From the NCBI GenBank assembly GCA_038142325.1, contig JAYQJW010000002.1, forward strand, positions 811,328 to 875,327: a stretch of 64,000 nucleotides of DNA, given 5' to 3'. How positions within the stretch are numbered: position 1 is the first letter of the stretch; every line of letters starts with the position of its first letter. The notes beneath the pieces are model-generated. The model did not search any database, was not told where the DNA came from, and was given only the letters and a program-made list of their open reading frames with translations. The DNA is from Gammaproteobacteria bacterium (lineage in GTDB: Bacteria; Pseudomonadota; Gammaproteobacteria; GCA-002705445; GCA-002716945). Made by a program: the position numbers and the translations under genes. This document shows, one piece after another, positions 53,915 to 63,929 of the stretch.

Positions 53915-55274
53915 ATAATTCCCTATATTTTTTTACCATATTTAATGCAATAACATTTAAAATTAATGTTAGAAAAAACAATACAAATGCCAAAGCAAAA
54001 GCTGAGAGAGTTTTAGCACTATCAAATTCCTGATCACCTGTAAGTAAACCCACAATTTGAACAGTAACAGTAGTCACGCTCTCGAATGGATTCAACGTTA
54101 AATTCGCAGCAAATCCTGCTGCCATTACTACTATCATTGTCTCTCCGATAGCTCTTGAGAATGCCAAGAGAAAACTGGCAACAATGCCATGAAAAGATGC
54201 TGGGATTATAACTTGCTTTGTAGTTTCAGAAACAGTTGCTCCCATTGCTAATGAGCCTTCCTTTAATGAACTAGGTACTGCATTCATAGCATCATCTGTA
54301 AGTGATGTTATAAATGGTATAATCATAATTCCCATTACAGTTCCAGCTATGATTGCGCTCTCACCGCTCAGAGCGCCTGGAGCTATTTTATCTCCTAAGT
54401 CTCTAAAGAAAGGTGCTACGGTAATTACAGCAAAAAATCCATAGACAACCGTTGGTATACCAGCCAATATTTCAATAACAGGTTTTGCAAAAGTTCTTAC
54501 TTTATAAGGGGCATATTGTGATAAATAAATTGCTGAATATAAACCTATTGGTACTGCAACAAGCATAGCTATAAGAGATATCAAAATTGTTCCAACAAAT
54601 ACAGGTATGGCACCAAAACTACCTGATGATGCAACTTGGTCTGCACGAATAGCTGTTTGCGGGCTCCATTGTAATCCGAATAGAAAGTCAAAAATATTTA
54701 TCATTGAAAAGAATCTTAAAGTCTCAAAAAGTAGTGACAGTACAATACCTACTGTCACAACTATCGCCATAATGGATGATAATTTCATAAGCATGACAAA
54801 TAATCGCTCAACATATTCTCTTGCCTTAAATTCAACTGTGACTTTTTTCATTGATAATCTTAGTAAAGTTACAGACAACCCGATTGCGACTATAATCTTC
54901 AAGATACTGTTTGTATATGTTAGAGATGAATATCTTTCAACTGCAGGTAAAAAACCACTATGCTCAATGACTCTTGTCGATACACCGCTTGAGTAGTCTA
55001 TGACTGAATTGATATAAAATTTAACTAATCCGGGATCATTTATATCACCAAAGTAATCCTTAATTGTTAGATTAGTTAGAATATTTTGAATACTCGTCCA
55101 TAGAATCAGCAATGTTATAGCTGGTAAGAACATAACAACAGCTGAATATATTCCATGGTAGTAGGGTTGAGAGTGAAGACTGTTAAACTTGGCTAATGAA
55201 ACTGCTCTACTTTTATTGATTATAAAGCTATAGATGGCAAGTGCAAGAATCGCGAGATATGTAATCGTAGTCAT
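53907..55274 (-). CDS. pstC: Phosphate ABC permease PstC with N-terminal extension
   Basis: LHSQP.Y.G, WSPQTAIRADQ, LAGIPTVVYG, SRAIGETMIV; start ATG 55274 (or TTG 55280). Confidence 0.94.
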   Translation of the reverse strand: MTTITYLAILALAIYSFIINKSRAVSLAKFNSLHSQPYYHGIYSAVVMFLPAITLLILWTSIQNILTNLTIKDYFGDINDPGLVKFYINSVIDYSSGVSTRVIEHSGFLPAVERYSSLTYTNSILKIIVAIGLSVTLLRLSMKKVTVEFKAREYVERLFVMLMKLSSIMAIVVTVGIVLSLLFETLRFFSMINIFDFLFGLQWSPQTAIRADQVASSGSFGAIPVFVGTILISLIAMLVAVPIGLYSAIYLSQYAPYKVRTFAKPVIEILAGIPTVVYGFFAVITVAPFFRDLGDKIAPGALSGESAIIAGTVMGIMIIPFITSLTDDAMNAVPSSLKEGSLAMGATVSETTKQVIIPASFHGIVASFLLAFSRAIGETMIVVMAAGFAANLTLNPFESVTTVTVQIVGLLTGDQEFDSAKTLSAFALAFVLFFLTLILNVIALNMVKKYRELYE

Positions 55275-55282
55275 GTACAAAG

Positions 55283-55316
55283 AATATATTATTTCAATGT
55301 TACATTTTTGTTACAT
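55283..55316 (-). promoter_or_regulatory. Pho box plus -10 element upstream of pstC
   Basis: Minus strand ATGTAAC-AAAA-ATGTAAC, 10-nt spacer, then TATATT. Confidence 0.75.
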
Positions 55317-55357
55317 TTCCTTTAATTTTCATGTATCACATAAAAAATAATTCTTTT

Positions 55358-56396
55358 CTAGAACCTCATATTAGCCAATGATTTTGCATCATTTTCATAC
55401 CTTAATAGTTCATCTTTAGGAAGTGGGATAAGGCCTTTATCAATTAGATATCCATCTTCACCAATTGCATCTTCACTTACAAAATGTGTAAGAAACTCTT
55501 CAATGCCAGGTATAGAGCCTATATGAGCTTTTTTAACATAAAAATATAAAGATCTTGATATTTCATAATCTCCGATAGCTATGGCATCGAATGTAGGGTA
55601 TACACCATTAATTTTTGTACCTTTTACCTGATCGCTATTTTGATCAAGAAAACTGAATCCAAATATTCCAAAAGAATTTTTGTTAGAATTAAGTTTTTGT
55701 ATTATCAGATTGTCATTTTCGCCCGCCTCGATATATTTTCCATCTTCTCTAATAGTTCTACAGAGCTTTTTCCATTCATTTTTATTTTTCTTTTTAAGGT
55801 CTTTTATCCAAGAAATCGAATTACATCCATCTGTCATAGCAATTTCAACAAATGCATCTCGTGTTCCTGATGTAGGTGGGGGACCATAAACCATTATCGG
55901 AAGTTCTGGAAGTTCAGAGTTAACATCACTCCATAATTTAGATTGATTCTCGCAAGTAACATCATCTTGAGCACCACATGGCACTTCCTTAGCTAAAGCA
56001 AGATAAATATCTTTTGTAGTCAGTTCTAAATCTATACCATTTTTTAGAATTTGCGAATACAATTCCATCAAATCCAATCTTAATTTCAATAATATCTTTT
56101 ACACCATTAGATTTACATAGAGAAATCTCTTTCAATTTAATACGTCTAGACGCATTCGTAATATCTGGAGTATTAGGTCCTAATCCTGAACAAAATAATT
56201 TTAGACCGCCATCAGAGCCAGTTGACTCAACAATAGGTGACTTAAAAGATGTATTTTTTCTTCCAAACTCCTCAGCAACAGTTGTCGAAAAAGGATAAAC
56301 GGTTGAAGATCCCACTATAGATATACTTTCTCTTGCACTAAGGTCAAATATAAAAATAAAGGTAAAAATTATTGTCAAAATAGTATTTCTAATCAT
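55358..56396 (-). CDS. pstS: Phosphate-binding protein (one frameshift near 56045)
   Basis: Signal peptide, VGSSTVYPF, ESTGS.GG, NASR, GPPPTSGTRDAF. Confidence 0.93.
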
Positions 56397-56446
56397 GTCT
56401 ACTCCAGTTTGATACATTTTTTTCATCTTAGTATTAAAACTCTAGA

Positions 56447-56490
56447 AAATTAAACTCGAATTAAGGATTTATTAAAGATTTGTTAACGAT
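56447..56490 (-). promoter_or_regulatory. Putative Pho-box array upstream of pstS
   Basis: TTAA cores at 56450, 56461, 56472 and 56483 (exact 11-bp period): cgTTAAcaaat ctTTAAtaaat ccTTAAttcga gtTTAAttttc on the minus strand. Confidence 0.6.
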
Positions 56491-56491
56491 A

Positions 56492-57712
56492 CTATTTTTC
56501 GATATAGAGAGGCAAGAAGACCTTAAATATACTTCCTGTATTCTCCTCACTTTCAATGACTAATCTTCCTGCATGACGATTAACAATATGTTTAACAATT
56601 GAAAGTCCTAGGCCAGAACTAGATTTTTTAAATTGAGCTGCATTCTTTGATCTATAAAATCTCTCTGTGACTTTCAAAATATCTTGTTTTGGAATACCAC
56701 ACCCCTGGTCTTCTACTGTAAAACAAATCTCTGAAGACCCTGCTTCAAAATCAATATTTATTGTCGTTGACTCTTGGCTATAGGTTAATGCATTTGAAAT
56801 TAGATTTTCAAATATTTCTATAATCTGATCATCATTGCCACGAATAAATAATTCATTTTGGCTATAAGAACTAGATAATTTTATTTGAATATTTTTTTTA
56901 TCTGCAGTTTGTTTTGCCGCATCTATAGCTGATGATGCGCAGCGGTAAATATCTACTTTTTCATTAGGTATCTGATACTCAGTCTCTTCTACTCTTATAA
57001 GTGCTAATGTATCGTTAACAAGCCTTTGCATTCTCTCAGCCTCAGTTTTTATAATACTAAGGAATTTGCTTTTTTGTTTTTCATCATTTTTAGCTGGTCC
57101 ATCAATAGTTTCAATAAAACCCATTATGGCAGTTAGAGGTGTTTTTAGCTCATGTGTAACATTAGATATGAAATCTGATTTTATTTTTTCAGAAACTTTC
57201 TGGATTGTCTCATCTGTTAATATAATGAGTACGAATTTTTCTTTTTCGATTTTGATAGGAAATAATTGTGCTTGTACATATCGATGAACTTGATCATAAA
57301 TAATTAAATTTACATCAAGTTTAAGATTCTTCTCGAATGCTTTGTTCAATCCTTCGTTGAGCTCATTTGATCTCATTGCTAAGGACAAATGTATATTATT
57401 AGAATCTTTACCTACAAACGAGTTAAATGCTACATTGGACTTTTCAATAATAAAATTCTTATTAACTATAAACATAGGAAAGGTATTTTGATTGAATATA
57501 CTCTTATCATATTCAGAAAAGAATATTGCTTTATTTTTTTGTTTTTCCTTTTCAACTCTGACTGAGGGCTCATTAATAAGCCTGTCCTCTCTGGATAAAA
57601 ATCTATATATAACAAAGTAAGAGAAGACTACAAAAAAAATTACTACTATGGGTGAATTAACTATATAAAGTATAAAAACAGTTGCAATGGAAATAAGTGA
57701 TAACAGTATCAT
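56492..57712 (-). CDS. phoR: Sensor histidine kinase PhoR
   Basis: N-terminal TMs, PAS-like region, DFISNVTHELKTPLT, NLISNA, DQGCGI, ERFYR, GLGLSIVKH. Confidence 0.9.
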   Translation of the reverse strand: MILLSLISIATVFILYIVNSPIVVIFFVVFSYFVIYRFLSREDRLINEPSVRVEKEKQKNKAIFFSEYDKSIFNQNTFPMFIVNKNFIIEKSNVAFNSFVGKDSNNIHLSLAMRSNELNEGLNKAFEKNLKLDVNLIIYDQVHRYVQAQLFPIKIEKEKFVLIILTDETIQKVSEKIKSDFISNVTHELKTPLTAIMGFIETIDGPAKNDEKQKSKFLSIIKTEAERMQRLVNDTLALIRVEETEYQIPNEKVDIYRCASSAIDAAKQTADKKNIQIKLSSSYSQNELFIRGNDDQIIEIFENLISNALTYSQESTTINIDFEAGSSEICFTVEDQGCGIPKQDILKVTERFYRSKNAAQFKKSSSGLGLSIVKHIVNRHAGRLVIESEENTGSIFKVFLPLYIEK

Positions 57713-57783
57713 AGGTATTGCTCGAATTTAACTATTGATAGTTTAGACTTCATGATAAAATCTTCCACTATAATATCAGATAT

Positions 57784-58899
57784 ATGACAGATATAATATT
57801 CCATAAATCAAGCAAATATATTGAGGATGATATAGATTACTATGCATCAGATACACGCGATAAACATGGTGCTGTTAAGCCAAGTAAGGATATTAAAAGT
57901 TATCTTCTAGATTCATTCAACTTTGATAATAACCAAGAACTGCCATCTTTATTTTATCCCTTTCCTAAACAATCAATTGATAGAATTTACTTAGGTATTA
58001 GTTTTCCGCTCTATGCCAACAACTGGGGTGCAGAGTTTCTTAGATATTTAATGTATATAGTCAAAAAAGATGGTGCTGTGGTATTTCCAGTTTATGCAGA
58101 ACGACAAGGTGTTGAAAAAAACTACTGGTCTAGGAGCATATTAGAAGTTGCATTTCAAAGCAGGCAGAAGTGGTGGGGCATGAGTAATATTTGGGCTGAG
58201 AATGATGGCGTTATGTCAATGAGAATTGGCAAAAAAGAGCCTAAAATAAGAAACAGCACTTTTACTCATTTCATTGATAATAAAATGCCGGAATTATTTA
58301 ATAATAATGATACAAACGCTATAGAAGCGGAGATAAAAATTCAGATAGATAATCTAAGATTAAGTGCAGTTGTTGAAAAAATTATTTTAGATCATCATGG
58401 AAGAAATAAAAAAATAAATCTAGGCTCAGTTAGTGATAATACTTTGTTGGCTATGGAATTAGCTTGTAGTGATTACATGAACATAAAAAATGTCCAAGTG
58501 TATACAAATAATGAGGATACCATTAGTACATACAAAGACTATCTTCCAAAAAAAATACCATCAGATTATAAACATATGATTACAAACATAGATAATGTAG
58601 AGCTAAATAATGAGCATAATGTAATTTTAATTGATGAGAAATTTATTGATGAAGAAAAAAGTCAGGCTCTAATAAAAAGTTCATTAAATGCACTTACTGA
58701 TGATGGATATATTATTTTAATAAATAAACAATATGAAAATGGCTACAAGTCTTGTCAGCATTCTCATACAGTTGGAACAAAACTCAAAACTGGATATGAT
58801 ATTCCACACTATTCTGATCTGATATTTAAAGAACTTCAAGATGAGAATCAAAATAGAGAGTCTGCAATTCAAGTAATCTACAAAAAAGATAATGCATGA
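57784..58899 (+). CDS. Hypothetical protein with two degenerate class I methyltransferase-like segments
   Basis: 371-aa ORF; PFPKQSIDRI...IVKKDGAVVF and NVILID...ALTDDGYIILI resemble Rossmann MTase motifs; no clear GxGxG. Confidence 0.6.
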   Translation: MTDIIFHKSSKYIEDDIDYYASDTRDKHGAVKPSKDIKSYLLDSFNFDNNQELPSLFYPFPKQSIDRIYLGISFPLYANNWGAEFLRYLMYIVKKDGAVVFPVYAERQGVEKNYWSRSILEVAFQSRQKWWGMSNIWAENDGVMSMRIGKKEPKIRNSTFTHFIDNKMPELFNNNDTNAIEAEIKIQIDNLRLSAVVEKIILDHHGRNKKINLGSVSDNTLLAMELACSDYMNIKNVQVYTNNEDTISTYKDYLPKKIPSDYKHMITNIDNVELNNEHNVILIDEKFIDEEKSQALIKSSLNALTDDGYIILINKQYENGYKSCQHSHTVGTKLKTGYDIPHYSDLIFKELQDENQNRESAIQVIYKKDNA

Positions 58900-60223
58900 C
58901 ATTTTAAATCTTATTAGCTCATTCATTTGGGGACCATTTACACTCATACTTATTTTAGGAACTGGTATATTTTTAAGCCTAGGTTTAAAAGGTTTCACTT
59001 TGACATTTATAGTTGTTGCCTTTAGACAAATTTTTAGTAAAGAAGAGAAATCATCGGATGGTGAGATATCTTCTTTTCAGTCGTTGACAACAGCCTTGTC
59101 TGCTACGGTTGGAACAGGAAACATTGCTGGTGTTGCTACAGCAATATTTGTTGGTGGACCAGGCGCTATTTTCTGGATGTGGGTATCTGCAATATTTGGT
59201 ATGGCAACTAAATTTGCCGAAGCGTTTCTTGCAATTAAATTCAGAGAAAAAAATAGTCATGGTGAGACTGTTGGTGGACCAATGTATTATATTAAAAATG
59301 GACTGTCACAGCGATACAGGATTTTCGCATATATTTTTGCTGCAGCAGGCATGATCGCCGCACTTGGTATTGGCAATGGCGTTCAAGTTAACTCTGTCTC
59401 TCAAGTCATTCACAATGAGTTTGATATTTCAGAATTATCAGTTGGAATATTTATTTCTATACTTGTGGCTTTAGTTATTTTAGGAGGCATTAAATCCATT
59501 GGTAAAATTACATCGACCCTAGTTCCGTTCATGTCAATTGTTTACATATTTGGTGGCCTATTAATTATTGTATTTAATAGCAATGAAGTTGGATATGTAT
59601 TTAACCTTATTATCACGTCAGCATTTAATGGAACTGCAGCAGCAGGTGGTTTTGCAGGAGCAACAGTCTGGATGGCGCTTAGATATGGTGTTGCAAGAGG
59701 CGTCTTTTCAAATGAGGCAGGTTTAGGAAGCTCTCCTATTGCTCATGCAGCAGCAAATACTAATAATCCAGTGAAACAAGGTATGATCTCAATGCTTGAA
59801 CCTCTAATTGATACATTGATTGTATGCACAATAACTGCGTTCGTTATTTTACTGAGCAATCAATGGATTGGAGAATTAAATGGTGCTGTTTTAACTGCAT
59901 CATCGTTTGAATACCTTTTTGAAAATGGAAAATATATAGTTATTTTTGGTTTAATTCTATTTTCATTTAGCACAATCATTGGTTGGAGTTATTATGGTGA
60001 AAAATATGCTGAATTTCTTTTTGGCTCGAAAATTGTAACTACATACAGGATATTATGGGTTTTAATAATCCCGTTAGCTGCAACCATAGAATTAAATTTA
60101 ATGTGGTTGATAGCAGATATCATGAATGGGCTAATGTCTATACCTAATTTATTAGCACTAATTTTATTAGCACCTGTGGTTTTTACAAAAACACAAGAAC
60201 TAAAAAACCAATTCAAAGCTTAA
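58892..60223 (+). CDS. Alanine/glycine:cation symporter (AGCS family)
   Basis: ATVGTGNIAGVA, GGPGAIFWMW, GGPMYY, FSNEAGLGS.PIAH. Confidence 0.93.
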   Translation: MHDILNLISSFIWGPFTLILILGTGIFLSLGLKGFTLTFIVVAFRQIFSKEEKSSDGEISSFQSLTTALSATVGTGNIAGVATAIFVGGPGAIFWMWVSAIFGMATKFAEAFLAIKFREKNSHGETVGGPMYYIKNGLSQRYRIFAYIFAAAGMIAALGIGNGVQVNSVSQVIHNEFDISELSVGIFISILVALVILGGIKSIGKITSTLVPFMSIVYIFGGLLIIVFNSNEVGYVFNLIITSAFNGTAAAGGFAGATVWMALRYGVARGVFSNEAGLGSSPIAHAAANTNNPVKQGMISMLEPLIDTLIVCTITAFVILLSNQWIGELNGAVLTASSFEYLFENGKYIVIFGLILFSFSTIIGWSYYGEKYAEFLFGSKIVTTYRILWVLIIPLAATIELNLMWLIADIMNGLMSIPNLLALILLAPVVFTKTQELKNQFKA

Positions 60224-60226
60224 AAG

Positions 60227-61030
60227 ATGGACATGGAAAAACATATAAAGCTTGCTCTAGCAGAGGATTGTTACAAGCATGATATTACAACTAAACTTTT
60301 GCCTGTTAAAAAATGTAAAGCAATAATTAAATCCAAAGAGTCATTTCATGTCTATGGATTGAAATGGTTTGCTAAAGTATTTAAAACCGTACATAAAGAC
60401 ACTGTCGTTAAGCGTTTTGTTAAAGATAAAGATTATGTAAAGAAAAATATGATTATTGCAGAAGTCCATGGATCAAACCATGCGCTCCTTCAAGCAGAGA
60501 GAGTTGCTTTAAACTACCTTCAGACAATGTCGGCAACATTTGATAAATGCATTGAGTATACAAATAAGATTAAAAATAAAAAAATTAAACTGCTTCATAC
60601 AAGAAAAACTGTTCCTTTATACCGACTCCCTCTCTCAGAAGCATGCTGTGCTGCTGATTGCAAGCCACACAGATATGATTTATCTGAATCTATTCTTATC
60701 AAAGAAAATCACTTAACTTTATCATCTCAAACTCTTACATTAATACAAAGGGCTGTAGATACCAAAAAAAAGGTCATTGTAGAAGCAAAGACAATTAAAT
60801 TTGCCAAAAGCTTATTAGATTTTAAGAAATATAGAATTCTATTAGATAATTTTTCACCTGAAATGATTAAAAAATTTTTATCATATAAACCAAAAATTAA
60901 ATTAGAAATATCCGGATCGATAAATCTAAAAAATATCAATAAATACGCACTTGATGGTATAGATTATATTTCCATCGGTGATTTAACAAAAAATATTAAA
61001 TCAAAAGATTTATCTATGCTTATAGTTTAG
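60227..61030 (+). CDS. nadC: Quinolinate phosphoribosyltransferase (divergent)
   Basis: AL.ED..DIT, ERVALN, TRKT.P, HR..L...LIKENH, ILLDN, SG.I. Confidence 0.85.
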   Translation: MDMEKHIKLALAEDCYKHDITTKLLPVKKCKAIIKSKESFHVYGLKWFAKVFKTVHKDTVVKRFVKDKDYVKKNMIIAEVHGSNHALLQAERVALNYLQTMSATFDKCIEYTNKIKNKKIKLLHTRKTVPLYRLPLSEACCAADCKPHRYDLSESILIKENHLTLSSQTLTLIQRAVDTKKKVIVEAKTIKFAKSLLDFKKYRILLDNFSPEMIKKFLSYKPKIKLEISGSINLKNINKYALDGIDYISIGDLTKNIKSKDLSMLIV

Positions 61031-61068
61031 GTATATGTTAATGTTACATACTAATATAATAGTTCTAG

Positions 61069-62253
61069 ATGAATAATTCTTTTAGTATTTCACAAGCAAT
61101 TAAAAATTTTTTCGCACGAGAAGAAAAATCAGGGATATTGTTGTTGTTATTCGCAACTCTTGCTCTCATAACTGTAAATAGTCCACTTAATTCTCTTTAT
61201 TACGATATTAAGTATACAGATGTACCAATTAGTCTTGGAGAATTTAATTTTACCAAAACGATATCCCATTGGGTGAATGATGGGCTTATGGCTATTTTTT
61301 TCTTTGTAATTGGACTAGAACTTAAAAGAGAGATTTTAGAAGGTGAGTTATCGAGTTTTGACAGAATGGTCTTACCTGCAATCGCTGCTATTGGTGGCAT
61401 GGTTGCACCAGCAATCATCTATGTTCTTATTAATATAAATAACCCTGAGAATATGTCTGGATGGGCTATACCAACAGCAACAGACATCGCCTTTTCGCTT
61501 GCAGTGTTATTGATAATTGGTAAAAATGTGCCGCTTAGTCTAAAAGTATTTTTATTATCTCTAGCTATCATTGATGATCTAGGAGCTGTTCTTATCATTG
61601 CTTTTTTCTACACAGCTCAAATTAGTGGAATTTATCTGATCTACTCATTAATAGTATTTTTCCTTTTGATTCTAATTAATCGAATGGGTATAAACAAAAT
61701 GTACGTCTACATGATTCTTGGTGTTTTCTTGTGGTACTTTGTCCTTAAATCTGGTGTACATGCAACTATAGCTGGGGTTCTACTGGCGACAACTATCCCA
61801 AACACGTCTAATAATGATTTAGAACATTCCATGTTGAAAGATTTAGAACATAAGCTTCATAACTTTGTTGGAATTCTAGTTCTTCCTATCTTTGCATTTT
61901 TTAATAGCGATATTAATTTTGCAGATGTGACATTGAGTAGTGTTTATAGCCCTCTATCACTGGGTGTAATCCTGGGATTACTTCTTGGAAAACCAATAGG
62001 TATCACGTTATTCACTTATGTTGGAATGAAAACGAATCTATTTAATTTACCTGAGAATGTCACAATCAAAGATGTCTTTGGTCTTTCTCTTTTATGTGGA
62101 ATTGGATTTACCATGAGTTTGTTTATTAACGGGCTTGCGTTTTCTGACCCCGTTTTGATTGATAGCAGTAAATTAGGTATTTTTATTGGTTCAATGATAT
62201 CTGCTGTTGCGGGTTATTTAATTTTAAAATCAAAATATCAGAAGAGTAACTAA
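61069..62253 (+). CDS. nhaA: Na+/H+ antiporter
   Basis: WVNDGLMAIFFF, GWAIPTATDIAF, LAIIDDLG, GKPIG, CGIGFTMSLFI. Confidence 0.96.
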   Translation: MNNSFSISQAIKNFFAREEKSGILLLLFATLALITVNSPLNSLYYDIKYTDVPISLGEFNFTKTISHWVNDGLMAIFFFVIGLELKREILEGELSSFDRMVLPAIAAIGGMVAPAIIYVLININNPENMSGWAIPTATDIAFSLAVLLIIGKNVPLSLKVFLLSLAIIDDLGAVLIIAFFYTAQISGIYLIYSLIVFFLLILINRMGINKMYVYMILGVFLWYFVLKSGVHATIAGVLLATTIPNTSNNDLEHSMLKDLEHKLHNFVGILVLPIFAFFNSDINFADVTLSSVYSPLSLGVILGLLLGKPIGITLFTYVGMKTNLFNLPENVTIKDVFGLSLLCGIGFTMSLFINGLAFSDPVLIDSSKLGIFIGSMISAVAGYLILKSKYQKSN

Positions 62254-62567
62254 TCGGAAGTGCAATCCATTGTAAGAGCTTCTGAAGCTCGAGTTGGAAT
62301 TACATTCATAATATAGTTCTGTGAATCAAATTTAATTAGTAAATCAGGAGCTACTAATTCTATTGAGTCTTTAGTTCTCTTGACCACTGCTAAATTCATA
62401 TTATTTAATTTTTCATTATCTTTTTTTAAATCTAAAATGAATACAATTCGCTCTTCATAGTTGTAGCATGTAAGCTTATCAGTCATGGTTCGTCCATCTG
62501 AAGCAAAAAGATATGAACTGAATAAAGCTGTTGTAATGAAAATAATAAATGCTCGAAGAGTAGACAT
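62250..62567 (-). CDS. Small hypothetical exported protein
   Basis: GGAG SD; signal peptide ending LFA; two Cys near the termini of the mature part. Confidence 0.6.
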   Translation of the reverse strand: MSTLRAFIIFITTALFSSYLFASDGRTMTDKLTCYNYEERIVFILDLKKDNEKLNNMNLAVVKRTKDSIELVAPDLLIKFDSQNYIMNVIPTRASEALTMDCTSD

Positions 62568-62611
62568 ATACTCCACTATACACGTATTGATATTTTGTAC
62601 AATTGGTATAA

Positions 62612-63928
62612 TTAGTTTCCGCCTATAGTCATTTCACTAATTAATAAAGAGCCGCATTTAATTTTTGAGTTTTCATAAACATCGCTTCCTATTGCTTCAA
62701 TGTTTTTGAACATTTCACTCATATTAGAAGCGATAGTAAAATTTGTAACAGGGTTAGATATTTTTCCATTCTTTATTAGATATCCAAATGCACCTCTTGA
62801 ATATTCACCAGTTAGTATATTCGCCCCCGAACCCATCATTTCTGTAATCAATATTCCATCATCTAAAGAACTGATAATGTCTGTGTCTATTTTCTTTGAC
62901 GATTGAATGTTTATATTTGAATATCCACTATTCGCAGTTGATTTGAGATTAAGTTGTTTTGCAGAGTATGTATCTAACATGTATGTTTCAAGGATTCCAT
63001 CGCTTACTAGAGACTTTTCATAAGTTTTTATCCCTTCAGAATCAAAAGGTCTGGTACCAAGACCCTCAGATATAGTTGGATCTTCAATGATACTTAAATG
63101 ATCTGGGAAGATTTTATTACCTATGGAGTCAAGCAAGAAGCTATTTTTTTTATAGATATTATTTCCGTTGATTGCAGAAAGAAAAGATGAAAATAATCCA
63201 ACCGATAATTCAGGGGTAAATATTACTGGACATTTTCTTGTCGAAATACTCTCAGCACCTAATCTGGATAGTGCTTTTTGAGCACTTAGTTCGCCAATTG
63301 TTTTTGGATTTTCGGTTTTTTCAAAATTTCTTCTTGTAGTGTATGCATAATCTCTTTCCTTAAGATTATTGTCTTCTGCAATAACAACACATGAAAGAGT
63401 ATAACTTGTAGAGGAATATGAACCTGCTGCACCGTGAGAGTTTAGAATAAGATTATTAGATTGAGAATAAGCATACTCACAACCTTCACTATTTTTAATC
63501 TTACTGTCATAATTAAGCGCGTATTTCTCACATTCAACTGTAAGATCAATCAATTCATCAGTAGTAAACTCTTTTGGGAAATTAATGTCACAATCAATGT
63601 CTAAATCATTAATTAAATTTTCTTTTGGAAGACCTTGGTATTTATCAGGTTCTAAAAAAGATGCAATAGTTTCACTTTTTTCAATAGTAGATTTAATGCT
63701 TTCATCAGATAAATTATTAGTACTTGCAATACCTTTTTTTTTATCATCAATACACGTAACCGTTAATGATTCATCATTATGATATTGAATATTCTCTAAG
63801 GCACCAAAACGTGAGTTTACATCAGTTCCATATGCTGAACTTAAATGAAACTCGTATTCTTTTGATTTTGGTAGACTGTCCATAATATTTTTCAATTTGA
63901 CAGACATTTCATTAAAATTATTTGACAT
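62612..63928 (-). CDS. pmbA: Metalloprotease subunit PmbA/TldE
   Basis: ERDY.Y, A..RLGA, PFDSEG, TGEYSRGA.G, TIGG; start at MSNNF just after the tldD stop. Confidence 0.88.
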   Translation of the reverse strand: MSNNFNEMSVKLKNIMDSLPKSKEYEFHLSSAYGTDVNSRFGALENIQYHNDESLTVTCIDDKKKGIASTNNLSDESIKSTIEKSETIASFLEPDKYQGLPKENLINDLDIDCDINFPKEFTTDELIDLTVECEKYALNYDSKIKNSEGCEYAYSQSNNLILNSHGAAGSYSSTSYTLSCVVIAEDNNLKERDYAYTTRRNFEKTENPKTIGELSAQKALSRLGAESISTRKCPVIFTPELSVGLFSSFLSAINGNNIYKKNSFLLDSIGNKIFPDHLSIIEDPTISEGLGTRPFDSEGIKTYEKSLVSDGILETYMLDTYSAKQLNLKSTANSGYSNINIQSSKKIDTDIISSLDDGILITEMMGSGANILTGEYSRGAFGYLIKNGKISNPVTNFTIASNMSEMFKNIEAIGSDVYENSKIKCGSLLISEMTIGGN

Positions 63929-63929
63929 A

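Noticed and set aside
5417-56396. Widespread pseudogenisation or programmed frameshifting (hisD, aroG, MMPL, mlaC, yrbG, kdsD, ptsI, asnO-like, ilvD, tatD, nrdB, pstA, pstS)
   Set aside because: Breaks are single-base, mostly in A/T homopolymers, and hit essential genes whose motifs are otherwise intact. This is the signature of long-read consensus error.
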